From the NCBI RefSeq assembly GCF_001194135.2, contig NC_068992.1:64715164-64748163 (forward strand): 33,000 nucleotides of DNA, in the 5' to 3' direction. Source of the stretch: Octopus bimaculoides. Taxonomy: Eukaryota. The stretch's first letter is position 1; each line of letters begins with the position of its first letter. Positions 1-9,724 of this stretch are shown piece by piece. The notes under the pieces are model-generated. The model had not been told where the DNA came from. It did not search any database and was given only the letters and a program-made list of their open reading frames with translations. A program made the position numbers and the translations under genes.

Positions 1-54
1 GGTTTTGCTTTAAAACCAACTAAAAATACTTTTAAAATGTGCCAAAACTATAAA

Positions 55-160
55 ATCCGTTAACTTCAAAATTAATTAGTTCGATAATGATTTCCAAAGT
101 TAACTTAAAAGATAATCGTTAACGGAAATGTTAACTTCGTTAATTAACAATTAATTGTTT
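55..160. repeat. Degenerate cluster of GTTAAC/GTTAATTAAC palindromic motifs, possibly a subterminal array of a DNA element cut by the window start
   Basis: cgttaactt, agttaactt, cgttaacgg, tgttaactt and cgttaattaac occur within about 100 bp. Confidence 0.35.
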
Positions 161-784
161 GGTGCCAGGTTTGTATAAATATAATAAAATAATTTTTCAC
201 AGCAAACAATCGAAGAAAACTAGCAGATCGTGTATTACAATCGGAAAGCAATAAAACTTTAAGGGAGGTAATTAACATTAAGGGAGCAACAAGAGTTATT
301 TACCTTTGATAATATTTTTATCAATTTCTTGTCTCAGTAACTTCGCCTCCGTATAATTTTATTTCTAGATTGTATTTTTTAAATTTTAAAATGAAATCAA
401 TCAAAAAATTTGGGTTATTTGAGTGAGTTGACATTCCTTACGATAACTTCTTAATTTTCTTTTGGGGGTGGGGTGAGATATAAACCAAAATGTTAATGCA
501 AAATAGCCTAATTATATCAAATTAAAATCGAAATAAATACCAATTATTTTTGGTAACATGGTGTAACATGAATCCAAAGGCGCAGTATTCAACGATACGA
601 TAACACTGATAAAAATAAAAGGAACAGTGAAACCCTTCGAATGTAGTCCTAGATGCATTAGGGCAGAAAAAGATGTGTCAATCAAGGCATGAAACGTTCT
701 AATCATACATCTACTGGATTGATGTTGTCCTGGGGTTAAGCATACACCAACAATAGTCAATGGTAGAGCACGACAGTTAGTGTT

Positions 785-865
785 CGATTTGGTAGAAATA
801 GCAGTCAAGTCCCTTTCAGATCACATTATATAGTCCTGTATAAAAAATGGACATATTGAATAATG
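785..865 (+). repeat. Interspersed repeat family D, copy 1 (unclassified)
   Basis: ggtagaaatagcagtcaagtccctttcagatcaca resembles the reverse complement of 2503-2555 and the segment 28530-28580. Confidence 0.5.
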
Positions 866-883
866 AAGTTACAATTATTGTAA

Positions 884-1046
884 GACGCTCTGAGGCCGAA
901 TAGTTAAAAAGCTTGGTTCGCAATCACAAGATCCTGTGTTCTATCCCACTGCGTAGCATTTTAGACAAGTGCTCTCTGTTTGGTCGGCCCAAGCCTTGTT
1001 AGTGAAATTGGGTTGATGGAAACTACTGAAGCGCGTGGTTACCCCC
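884..1046 (+). mobile_element. SINE family A (tRNA-headed), diverged 5' half
   Basis: Aligns with the 7220-7383 copy (cccactgcgtagcattttagacaagtg...gtcggcccaagccttgttagtg...gatggaaactactgaagc). Confidence 0.75.
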
Positions 1047-1053
1047 CCCCCCC

Positions 1054-1272
1054 NNNNNNNNNNNNNNNNNNNNNNNNNNNNNNNNNNNNNNNNNNNNNNN
1101 NNNNNNNNNNNNNNNNNNNNNNNNNNNNNNNNNNNNNNNNNNNNNNNNNNNNNNNNNNNNNNNNNNNNNNNNNNNNNNNNNNNNNNNNNNNNNNNNNNNN
1201 NNNNNNNNNNNNNNNNNNNNNNNNNNNNNNNNNNNNNNNNNNNNNNNNNNNNNNNNNNNNNNNNNNNNNNNN
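1054..1272. other. Assembly gap (N-run)
   Basis: N residues. Confidence 1.
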
Positions 1273-1347
1273 GTATAGTCTTCTAGTTTTGGGTCGACCA
1301 AAACCTTCTGAGTAGATTTGATAGGCGGAAACTGAAAGAAGCCCGTC

Positions 1348-1380
<33 letters not shown>
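1273..1380 (+). mobile_element. SINE family A fragment ending in (TA)n
   Basis: gggtcgaccaaaaccttctgagtagatttgataggcggaaactgaaagaagcccgtcg followed by (TA)n. Confidence 0.85.
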
Positions 1381-1383
<3 letters not shown>

Positions 1384-1560
1384 GGAATTTACAAAAAAAA
1401 AACAAACAAACAAACAAAAGACGAAGACGGGTGTGTAAGCAACAAGCAGGTGTATTTGTGTTACGCTCGGGAAGGTGAGAAAGTCTTTTACGTTTCGAGC
1501 CTACGCTCTTCAACAGAAAGAAATAAGAGAAAATAAACAGAGGGTGAATAAACAACTGTA
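1381..1560 (-). mobile_element. Short non-autonomous repeat carrying a hammerhead-like motif (Penelope-like terminal fragment?), copy 1
   Basis: Reverse complement aligns over about 170 nt with 3355-3520; both copies end at aaatt(c/t)caac next to a (TA)-rich repeat. Confidence 0.75.
1484..1521 (-). ncRNA. Minimal type-I hammerhead-ribozyme-like motif with non-canonical core
   Basis: Minus strand reads TCTTT-CTGTTGA-A-GAGC(GTAG)GCTC-GAAAC-GTA-AAAGA: 5-bp stem I, 4-bp stem II, palindromic ACGT helix III, GUA cleavage triplet. Core is CUGUUGA instead of CUGANGA. Confidence 0.5.
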
Positions 1561-1800
1561 TATTAGGTAGTCCGGAAAGTTCTGAGCGTTTTTAATCTAA
1601 ATCTTTTAACGTGTCATTGAACACACCTGAAACGTAACGCAGTTAAAACTTTGGCGTTGTTTCAAGTGGTAGTTCATGTCTTCTTTGTTCCTGACTAAAA
1701 ATAGATTTATCTTTCATTCTGGTTACCTTCTATGGTCATTTGAAATGGATAACCAAAATTTCCCTTTCCTCATCCCCTCTTTCTCCCGCCAATATTATTT
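1561..1800 (+). mobile_element. Mariner-like 5' end relic (single TIR)
   Basis: TA|TTAGGTAGTCCGGAAAGTTCTGAGCGTTTTT resembles mariner TIRs of the TTAGGT..AAAGT..GTTTT type. An ATG GAT AAC CAA (MDNQ) starts at 1745, about 180 nt downstream, a typical mariner 5' UTR length. No matching right TIR was seen. Confidence 0.45.
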
Positions 1801-2424
1801 TTGCTAAGTTTATAATTTGCTTGCTAATTGTCCTTTCAGTACTTCCTCACCTCCGCCCTACATTAAATGCGTTAAACACAAACTTGACTCTGTCTTGGAA
1901 AGATAAGTCGAAGGTTTTTCTACATTTGGGTAAGAGTTAATCTCTGGTGTGACGAGTTTAGGTTGAAGAGCACAACAAAAGCGATGACATGTAACTCTGA
2001 CCGAAGTTGGAACAAAAGAAAGAGAAAAAGAAATAGAAAGGAAAGAAAGGAAAGAAAAGAAAAGGAAAAAGAAAAGCAAGAAGAAAGAAACATGTTACCT
2101 CAATCACAACAAAGCTAGACAATCTTTTATCAGAGCTGGCTGAATGCTTACAGAAAATCGATAGCTCAACATGAGAGTTGAAAAGCGAATTCATACGTTG
2201 ATAAAAGGCAACGAGATTTTTGACCTACAGAAAAATCTTTAGCAAAAATGATTGAATCATGCATTACGTTAGATTGACGGTTAAAGATGAAACAGATTTA
2301 GTTTGATAGGTTTTGCTTTGATCGCCTTCCCATTTGGAATGAGAGAAATGAAGGAAAACGGTGATATTGTTGGTTTTTAATTCTAGGTCAGCACTGATTG
2401 TGATACAAGACTCACAATCAAAGA

Positions 2425-2570
2425 TCTTCCAATCATGGTCAACCAGCTTTGTTTTTCTAGGTTAGTATATATAGTATACAGAGAAATACATTAATATTTA
2501 ATACCTTTTAAACAGTAGGGTGTGATTTGAGGAAGATTTAGTCGTCATTTCTAGCGTGTCGAGCTACCGC
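2425..2570 (-). repeat. Interspersed repeat family D, copy 2
   Basis: Reverse complement gctagaaatgacgactaaatcttcctcaaatcacaccctactgttt matches copies 1 and 3. Confidence 0.5.
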
Positions 2571-2892
2571 GAAAGAGCAAGGATTTTCAACCATTTTCTG
2601 ATTCCATATCCCCTAAAACATTCCTCAATCTATCCCCATACCCTGATCCCCAGAGTGTCGAAATCATCCTCCATTCATCCGATTACTAAGGCGGATCAAC
2701 GAAGACGCTCACTTCACCTCTAAATCCGCTGAAAGCTCAAGCTAACCAGATTAGTCTTAATACGTTTTGGACACCGCAAAAGCTGTCGAAAGATTTCTAC
2801 AGAAGTGTCTTCATTGCAGATTAAAATGTAAATTTTACTTTCTAAGCTTCACGGATTGTACCTGTCATGTACTGGGGTCGCTTAAACCAACT

Positions 2893-3071
2893 CTTCTTCT
2901 TCTTCTTCTTCTTCTTCTTCTTCTTCTTCTTCTTCTTCTTCTTCTTCTTCAATAACATCACCACCACCGCCGCCGCCGCTACCACCACTACCACCACCAC
3001 CTCCACTGCTGTCANNNNNNNNNNCCACCACCATAATATTAGTGGCTGCAAGCATAAAACCGTATAAATAA

Positions 3072-3152
<81 letters not shown>

Positions 3153-3204
3153 ATTAAGGTACTTAAAAAACTCCGAAGCCATATATATATATATATATAT
3201 ATAT
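2893..3204. repeat. Microsatellite cluster (CTT)n, (CAC/CGC)n, (CTAT)n, (TA)n, including a 10-N gap at 3015-3024
   Basis: Direct reading. Confidence 0.95.
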
Positions 3205-3354
3205 CTTCGTGTGTATAAGTATGTGTGGCTGGATGCATGTGAATTCGCATATATATAAGTGTGTATATGTACGTGCCTGCATATATCTGTGTGTACATGT
3301 ATTTTTTGCTCTCATGCATTTGAATCTACCTCTGGGTTGGACCGCTGAACTCTA

Positions 3355-3520
3355 TACGTTTTTTTTCATTCTTTGTTTATTTTCTCTTATTTCTTTCTGT
3401 TGAAGAGCGCAGGCTCGAAACGTAAAAGACTTTTTCTTTTCTCCCGAGCGTCAAACTAATACACTTGCTTGTTATTCGTACACCTGCCTTCGTCTTTGGT
3501 TTTTCTATAAATTTCAACTA
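3355..3520 (+). mobile_element. Short non-autonomous repeat carrying a hammerhead-like motif, copy 2
   Basis: Inverted copy of 1381-1560; 3374-3433 is 59/60 identical to the reverse complement of 1480-1539. Confidence 0.75.
3392..3429 (+). ncRNA. Minimal type-I hammerhead-ribozyme-like motif with non-canonical core
   Basis: TCTTT-CTGTTGA-A-GAGC(GCAG)GCTC-GAAAC-GTA-AAAGA; predicted cleavage 3' of A3424. Confidence 0.5.
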
Positions 3521-3669
3521 TGTATATATGTGCATATATGTGCATTTAGGGTGCACTTATGTGTCTTCCATATACATAAATGTAGATATTCACACATGCG
3601 TTCATACATATGCAAACACTGAACTTACTACAGTATCTTACCACCTTTTCCCTCTTTCACTATTAATAT

Positions 3670-3905
3670 ATATTTACACACATCCACACACACACACGCA
3701 TACACACGCACACAGGCACGCATACGCGCGCACACACAGACGCACACACATACGCATACACACATGCACGCACACACACACGCGTATCCCCCAACCCTAC
3801 ACATACACGCACACACGTACACACACACACGCACATGCACCCCCCCCCCACACACACATGCACGCACACACTACTGTAAGTTGTGTAAACGTGTGTGTGT
3901 GTGTA
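3670..3905. repeat. Degenerate (CA)n/(CACG)n low-complexity tract
   Basis: Direct reading. Confidence 0.9.
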
Positions 3906-4420
3906 TGGATCGTTTTGCATTACCGAATAATTCTTAACTTGGAAGAGAACGAATAGAGAAAAATAAACAAAGAAAAAAATAAAGATCCAACAAAAACTAA
4001 GAAAGACACCGCAAAAATAAAAATAAAAGTAACAAATAAAAAATAAAAATAAAAATAAATCATGAACAAAAAACCCAACAAAATATATATACGGAAGGAA
4101 AAATATTTAAAAAATGGTCTTGGATATATTTTGGGAGAATTTCAAATTCATGTTTGAAGTCATGACTTTGTTTTGTGAAAAAAAAAGCTTAGTTTCGTGC
4201 AATTATTTATTGTGGTTGTGTGGTGAGAAAGATGGCATTGGCACGGTTGGGTGGTCAGGAAGTTAGCTTTGCAACTAAGCGGTTTCGGGTTCTAACCTAT
4301 TAGGGATTATATTTGAAATCCTGCGGGTTCTTGGGCAAATGTGCTGTACTTAAGCCTCGGGTAGATTTATACACTGAGAGCGAATTTGATAGAATTTGGA
4401 AACTGTGTGGAATTCACACG

Positions 4421-4481
<61 letters not shown>

Positions 4482-4482
4482 C

Positions 4483-4544
<62 letters not shown>
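4421..4544. repeat. (CTAT)n microsatellite
   Basis: Direct reading. Confidence 0.98.
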
Positions 4545-4546
<2 letters not shown>

Positions 4547-4695
4547 AGAGCAGCGACATCTCCGGCTCTACGTAGACAGCGGTGAACAGGTGTGGTCACC
4601 GTTTGTGCGGCGCGCTTTCCCGCAGCTCGTCTCCATGACCGAACTGCAGTCATGGATCAAGAAGAGGCCGAGGAAGGGCGAATGGCACCGCGAGT
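4545..4695 (+). mobile_element. GC-rich LINE ORF2 fragment (post-RT region, probably L1/Tx1-like), cut by a gap
   Basis: Open frame [47 protein letters not shown] with an abrupt GC shift. The resemblance to L1/Tx1-type ORF2 downstream of RT is from memory. Confidence 0.55.
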
Positions 4696-5620
4696 NNNNN
4701 NNNNNNNNNNNNNNNNNNNNNNNNNNNNNNNNNNNNNNNNNNNNNNNNNNNNNNNNNNNNNNNNNNNNNNNNNNNNNNNNNNNNNNNNNNNNNNNNNNNN
4801 NNNNNNNNNNNNNNNNNNNNNNNNNNNNNNNNNNNNNNNNNNNNNNNNNNNNNNNNNNNNNNNNNNNNNNNNNNNNNNNNNNNNNNNNNNNNNNNNNNNN
4901 NNNNNNNNNNNNNNNNNNNNNNNNNNNNNNNNNNNNNNNNNNNNNNNNNNNNNNNNNNNNNNNNNNNNNNNNNNNNNNNNNNNNNNNNNNNNNNNNNNNN
5001 NNNNNNNNNNNNNNNNNNNNNNNNNNNNNNNNNNNNNNNNNNNNNNNNNNNNNNNNNNNNNNNNNNNNNNNNNNNNNNNNNNNNNNNNNNNNNNNNNNNN
5101 NNNNNNNNNNNNNNNNNNNNNNNNNNNNNNNNNNNNNNNNNNNNNNNNNNNNNNNNNNNNNNNNNNNNNNNNNNNNNNNNNNNNNNNNNNNNNNNNNNNN
5201 NNNNNNNNNNNNNNNNNNNNNNNNNNNNNNNNNNNNNNNNNNNNNNNNNNNNNNNNNNNNNNNNNNNNNNNNNNNNNNNNNNNNNNNNNNNNNNNNNNNN
5301 NNNNNNNNNNNNNNNNNNNNNNNNNNNNNNNNNNNNNNNNNNNNNNNNNNNNNNNNNNNNNNNNNNNNNNNNNNNNNNNNNNNNNNNNNNNNNNNNNNNN
5401 NNNNNNNNNNNNNNNNNNNNNNNNNNNNNNNNNNNNNNNNNNNNNNNNNNNNNNNNNNNNNNNNNNNNNNNNNNNNNNNNNNNNNNNNNNNNNNNNNNNN
5501 NNNNNNNNNNNNNNNNNNNNNNNNNNNNNNNNNNNNNNNNNNNNNNNNNNNNNNNNNNNNNNNNNNNNNNNNNNNNNNNNNNNNNNNNNNNNNNNNNNNN
5601 NNNNNNNNNNNNNNNNNNNN
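4696..5620. other. Assembly gap (N-run)
   Basis: N residues. Confidence 1.
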
Positions 5621-5664
5621 TTTTTTTTTTTTTTTTTTTTTTTTCCTTCCTTCCCCCTCCCAAA

Positions 5665-5935
5665 AAGAAAAGCTCTACATTGTATTTGTCCCATCTTCGT
5701 TGAGCCCTGTGTGGCTAATAAAAGAAATGTATCTTAGAGCAGCAAAATTGGTCCGGTAAAACGATCCAGGCCTTGATGCAGATAGATCAGAATTCAATCA
5801 ATAGTATTCCACATCAAATTGAGCTGCCAGACGGCCATAACCTACACGTGGTGGTAGAAGGTAGGAAGCCTGGATGTTACACGTGTGGAAGCGAAGAGCA
5901 CCTCAAAGCCAAGTACCCAACAGCAATGAAACAAC
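5665..5935 (+). mobile_element. Decayed LINE ORF1 (gag-like zinc knuckle) fragment
   Basis: Frame from 5731 gives ILEQQNWSGKTIQALMQIDQNSINSIPHQIELPDGHNLHVVVEGRKPGCYTCGSEEHLKAKYP, a CX2CX4HX4C knuckle with the last C changed to Y. A frameshifted VFVPSSLSPVWL segment lies upstream. Confidence 0.65.
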
Positions 5936-6106
5936 AAAAATAACAAGAAATGAACAACTACCACAACAAGGAAAAAGCGAAAGGAAAAAAGAACCCTTGT
6001 TACCCACACCACCACCAACACAGAAGATAAGCAAAGGGTGTACGACAAAAGAAATACACAAACGAAACACGCCAACGCCAACAAATGAACATACACCAGC
6101 ACCTGG

Positions 6107-6356
6107 TATATATGTGTGTGTGTTTGTTCGTGTGTGTGTGTATATATGTGCGTTTGTGTGTGTGTCTGCGCGTATGTATGTGCGTTTGTGTGTGTGTGTG
6201 TGTATGTTCATGTGTATGGATGTGCTTGTGTGTGTTTAATACAGCTACACGTGTATTTACTATATATACAACGTTATATATGTACAAACCTCATAAATAC
6301 ACGCAAGGCTTAAAGGCACACGCGCATTATGTATGTGTATTTGTGTTTGTATGTTC

Positions 6357-6404
<48 letters not shown>

Positions 6405-6435
6405 GCACACACATACACACACGCAGACACACACA
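6107..6435. repeat. Mixed (TG)n/(TA)n/(CA)n tracts
   Basis: Direct reading. Confidence 0.9.
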
Positions 6436-6794
6436 CTAATTCAAACGTACACATATATACACATACACAATACTGAACACACGCGTCGAAATATAAAAAC
6501 TATGTTATTAATCTCGCTCGACGTGAACAGATTTGACAGGAATTTTCGCTCTGTTCTTACGAGCTTCTTACACGTTAGCTGCCATTCCAGCACTTTCTGA
6601 CACGCTATGATTATAGCAAGATCATCACAAAACACGAAGTATAGAATCTCTAACTCCTTCAATTACTTGCTGATTTCTTGGTGATTTCTGGTAGGTTTCT
6701 AACGAATTGCAATACTTGAAAACAATGTTATTTCGCTGCAGGAAAATGTTGTTTCTTTCGTTGAAGGTACTGATGTTTCTAGATACAGGCGTAG

Positions 6795-6878
6795 GGCATC
6801 GCTTTTGGTAAGAGACTTGTTTCTCAACCACATCGTCCTGAGTTCAGTCCCACTGCGTGGCACTTTGGACAAGTGCTG
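6795..6878 (+). mobile_element. SINE family A head fragment
   Basis: tggtaagagacttgtttctcaaccacatcgtcctgagttcagtcccactgcgtggcactttggacaagtg. Confidence 0.8.
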
Positions 6879-6944
6879 AGAAATACGTGATAGAGAGAAA
6901 TAAAGTATTATGAAGAGAGATGGATAAAATAGATATATAAAGTG

Positions 6945-7118
<174 letters not shown>

Positions 7119-7123
7119 ATCAG

Positions 7124-7188
7124 TGCTTCGCGGTATTTCGTCTGCCGTTACGTTCTGAGTTCAAATTCCGCCGAGGTCGACTTTGCCT
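7124..7188 (+). mobile_element. SINE family B internal fragment
   Basis: cggtatttcgtctgccgttacgttctgagttcaaattccgccgaggtcgactttgcct with B-box-like GTTCAAATTCC (7159-7169); reverse complement of 15385-15450. Confidence 0.85.
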
Positions 7189-7219
7189 ATCTTTGTGTCT
7201 GTCTGTCTAAACATATATC

Positions 7220-7660
7220 GGCACAGGCGTGGCTGTGTGGTAAGTAGCTTGCTTACCAACCACATGACTCCGGGTTCAGTTCCTCAGCGTAGCACCTTGG
7301 GCAAGTGTCTTCTACTATAGCCTCGGGGCCAGCCAAAGCCTTGTGAGTGGATTTGGTGGACGGAAACTGAAAGAAGCCCGTCGTATGTATACATATATAT
7401 GTATAAATACTTTATTTATAAATATAAAGTTATTCCTTTATATGTGTTATGTGTGTGTGTGTGTGTGTGTTTGTCCCCACCATCGCTTGACAACCGGTGT
7501 TGGTGTATTTACGTCACCGTAACGTAGCTGTTCGGTCAAACAGATCGACAGAATTAGTACCAGGCTTTTAAAAAAGCACTGGAGGGCAATTCATTCGACT
7601 AAAAATCATTCAAGGCGGTGCCCCAGCATGGCCGCAGTCTAATGACAGACAAGCAAAATA
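7220..7660 (+). mobile_element. Full composite SINE family A: tRNA head, body, internal (TA)/(TG) microsatellite, 3' module, LINE-like tail
   Basis: A-box-like TGGCTGTGTGG (7230-7240) and B-box-like GGTTCAGTTCC (7273-7283); ...gacggaaactgaaagaagcccgtcg; microsatellite; ttgacaaccggtgttgg...caaggcggtgccccagcatggccgcagtc. Same layout as 22885-23354. Confidence 0.9.
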
Positions 7661-7676
7661 TATAGACACGCACACA

Positions 7677-7703
7677 TTACTACTACTACTACTGCTGCTG
7701 CTG

Positions 7704-7739
<36 letters not shown>
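7677..7739. repeat. (TAC)n/(TGC)n compound microsatellite
   Basis: Direct reading. Confidence 0.95.
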
Positions 7740-8059
7740 TGGCTGACGTATGCATGTTTGACAGTGCTAGGTGTGGTATTTCTTCGTAAGAGTTTATCTC
7801 TGAAATTGTTCCACATTTTCGGTCAATAATTTTCGTGATAACGTTAAACCGAATGGAAGCATCACCTTTTCATATCTCAATATGGTTGGCCTTATCGACA
7901 AACTCTTGCATGTTCAATGCGAAGCTATCTACACGCGCGCGCGCGCACACACACACACGCACACACGCATACATTCACATATACAGACACACACGCACAT
8001 ATGTATGCGTGTGTATATATATGTAAATGTATGTAATTGTGATTACACAGTAAGTTTTG

Positions 8060-8091
<32 letters not shown>

Positions 8092-8419
8092 NNNNNNNNN
8101 NNNNNNNNNNNNNNNNNNNNNNNNNNNNNNNNNNNNNNNNNNNNNNNNNNNNNNNNNNNNNNNNNNNNNNNNNNNNNNNNNNNNNNNNNNNNNNNNNNNN
8201 NNNNNNNNNNNNNNNNNNNNNNNNNNNNNNNNNNNNNNNNNNNNNNNNNNNNNNNNNNNNNNNNNNNNNNNNNNNNNNNNNNNNNNNNNNNNNNNNNNNN
8301 NNNNNNNNNNNNNNNNNNNNNNNNNNNNNNNNNNNNNNNNNNNNNNNNNNNNNNNNNNNNNNNNNNNNNNNNNNNNNNNNNNNNNNNNNNNNNNNNNNNN
8401 NNNNNNNNNNNNNNNNNNN
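8092..8419. other. Assembly gap flanked by (TA)n
   Basis: N residues. Confidence 1.
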
Positions 8420-8614
8420 TATATATATATATATATATATATGTATATGTCAGCTTATGCGCTCGTATATTTTTCATAATACTTTTTATTGTGGAAGGTC
8501 ATTTTTTTTCTAGATTTAGTAAGTAGATTTAATTTAGTTTAGGTGAGGGTATGCATGGGTAGCTAAATGGATAGAACGCTAAGCAGCTTGCCGAGAAAAT
8601 CGCTTGTCGTCAGG

Positions 8615-8665
8615 AAGACGTCTATGTCGCCATTTTGTATCAGTTTTAGTAGAGGGCGCAGCGTT
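8615..8665. promoter_or_regulatory. Candidate YY1-like and CTCF-like motif pair in a CpG-containing unique stretch
   Basis: GTCGCCATTTTG (8626-8637; reverse complement CAAAATGGCGAC) and AGTAGAGGGCGC (8648-8659); motif match only. Confidence 0.2.
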
Positions 8666-9098
8666 GTTCAGCTTTTGTCTCACGTTGTTCTTATCGAACA
8701 GGAAATTATTCGAGACAATTAATTAGAATAAATAAATTGATAGGATGACATAATTAGTTTAGTAAATCAGCAAACGGATGGAAAATAAGACGAGACAAAC
8801 ACAAGAAGAGAATACTAATTGAGATGTTCGTTAGGAAAAAAAAGAAAAAAGATGAAAAAGGAAAAAAAAAACTACAGAGAGACAAAAAAGGAAGTAAAAC
8901 AAACCAGATTTGACTGAAATATATCTTTTGATAAATAGAAAATCGATATTTACTTATCAACAAGCGTCGTATAAATAAGTCGTACCCACTCTTTACATTG
9001 CTCTGTGTCCGTGTACACCATATGACGTGTGCGTATGTATGTGACAGAGCCGCGCACACATGCCTGCATGAATATATGTGTGTGTGAATGTATGTATG

Positions 9099-9135
<37 letters not shown>

Positions 9136-9200
9136 CATTGACCACTAACGTGGACATTCAGGTCTTATTAGACACAAGATGTAATCTATTTCTAGCACAC

Positions 9201-9687
9201 NNNNNNNNNNNNNNNNNNNNNNNNNNNNNNNNNNNNNNNNNNNNNNNNNNNNNNNNNNNNNNNNNNNNNNNNNNNNNNNNNNNNNNNNNNNNNNNNNNNN
9301 NNNNNNNNNNNNNNNNNNNNNNNNNNNNNNNNNNNNNNNNNNNNNNNNNNNNNNNNNNNNNNNNNNNNNNNNNNNNNNNNNNNNNNNNNNNNNNNNNNNN
9401 NNNNNNNNNNNNNNNNNNNNNNNNNNNNNNNNNNNNNNNNNNNNNNNNNNNNNNNNNNNNNNNNNNNNNNNNNNNNNNNNNNNNNNNNNNNNNNNNNNNN
9501 NNNNNNNNNNNNNNNNNNNNNNNNNNNNNNNNNNNNNNNNNNNNNNNNNNNNNNNNNNNNNNNNNNNNNNNNNNNNNNNNNNNNNNNNNNNNNNNNNNNN
9601 NNNNNNNNNNNNNNNNNNNNNNNNNNNNNNNNNNNNNNNNNNNNNNNNNNNNNNNNNNNNNNNNNNNNNNNNNNNNNNNNNNNNNNN
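9201..9687. other. Assembly gap (N-run)
   Basis: N residues. Confidence 1.
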
Positions 9688-9724
9688 ATATATATATATA
9701 TATAAACATGCAGACATATACACT

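Noticed and set aside
4541-5743. Identical 14-mer TATCTTAGAGCAGC at 4541-4554 and 5730-5743 as a possible target-site duplication
   Set aside because: The second copy lies inside an ORF1-like remnant that continues on both sides and the first overlaps a (CTAT)n edge. A 14-mer match of this kind is expected about once by chance in 33 kb.
6742-6766. 25-nt micro-exon candidate (cag|GAAAATG...GAAG|gtactg)
   Set aside because: The donor is weak, there is no supporting partner exon or homology, and such matches are common in AT-rich DNA.
7220-7290. SINE heads as genuine tRNA genes
   Set aside because: A and B boxes are present but no full cloverleaf or acceptor stem, and the sequence continues into the SINE body.
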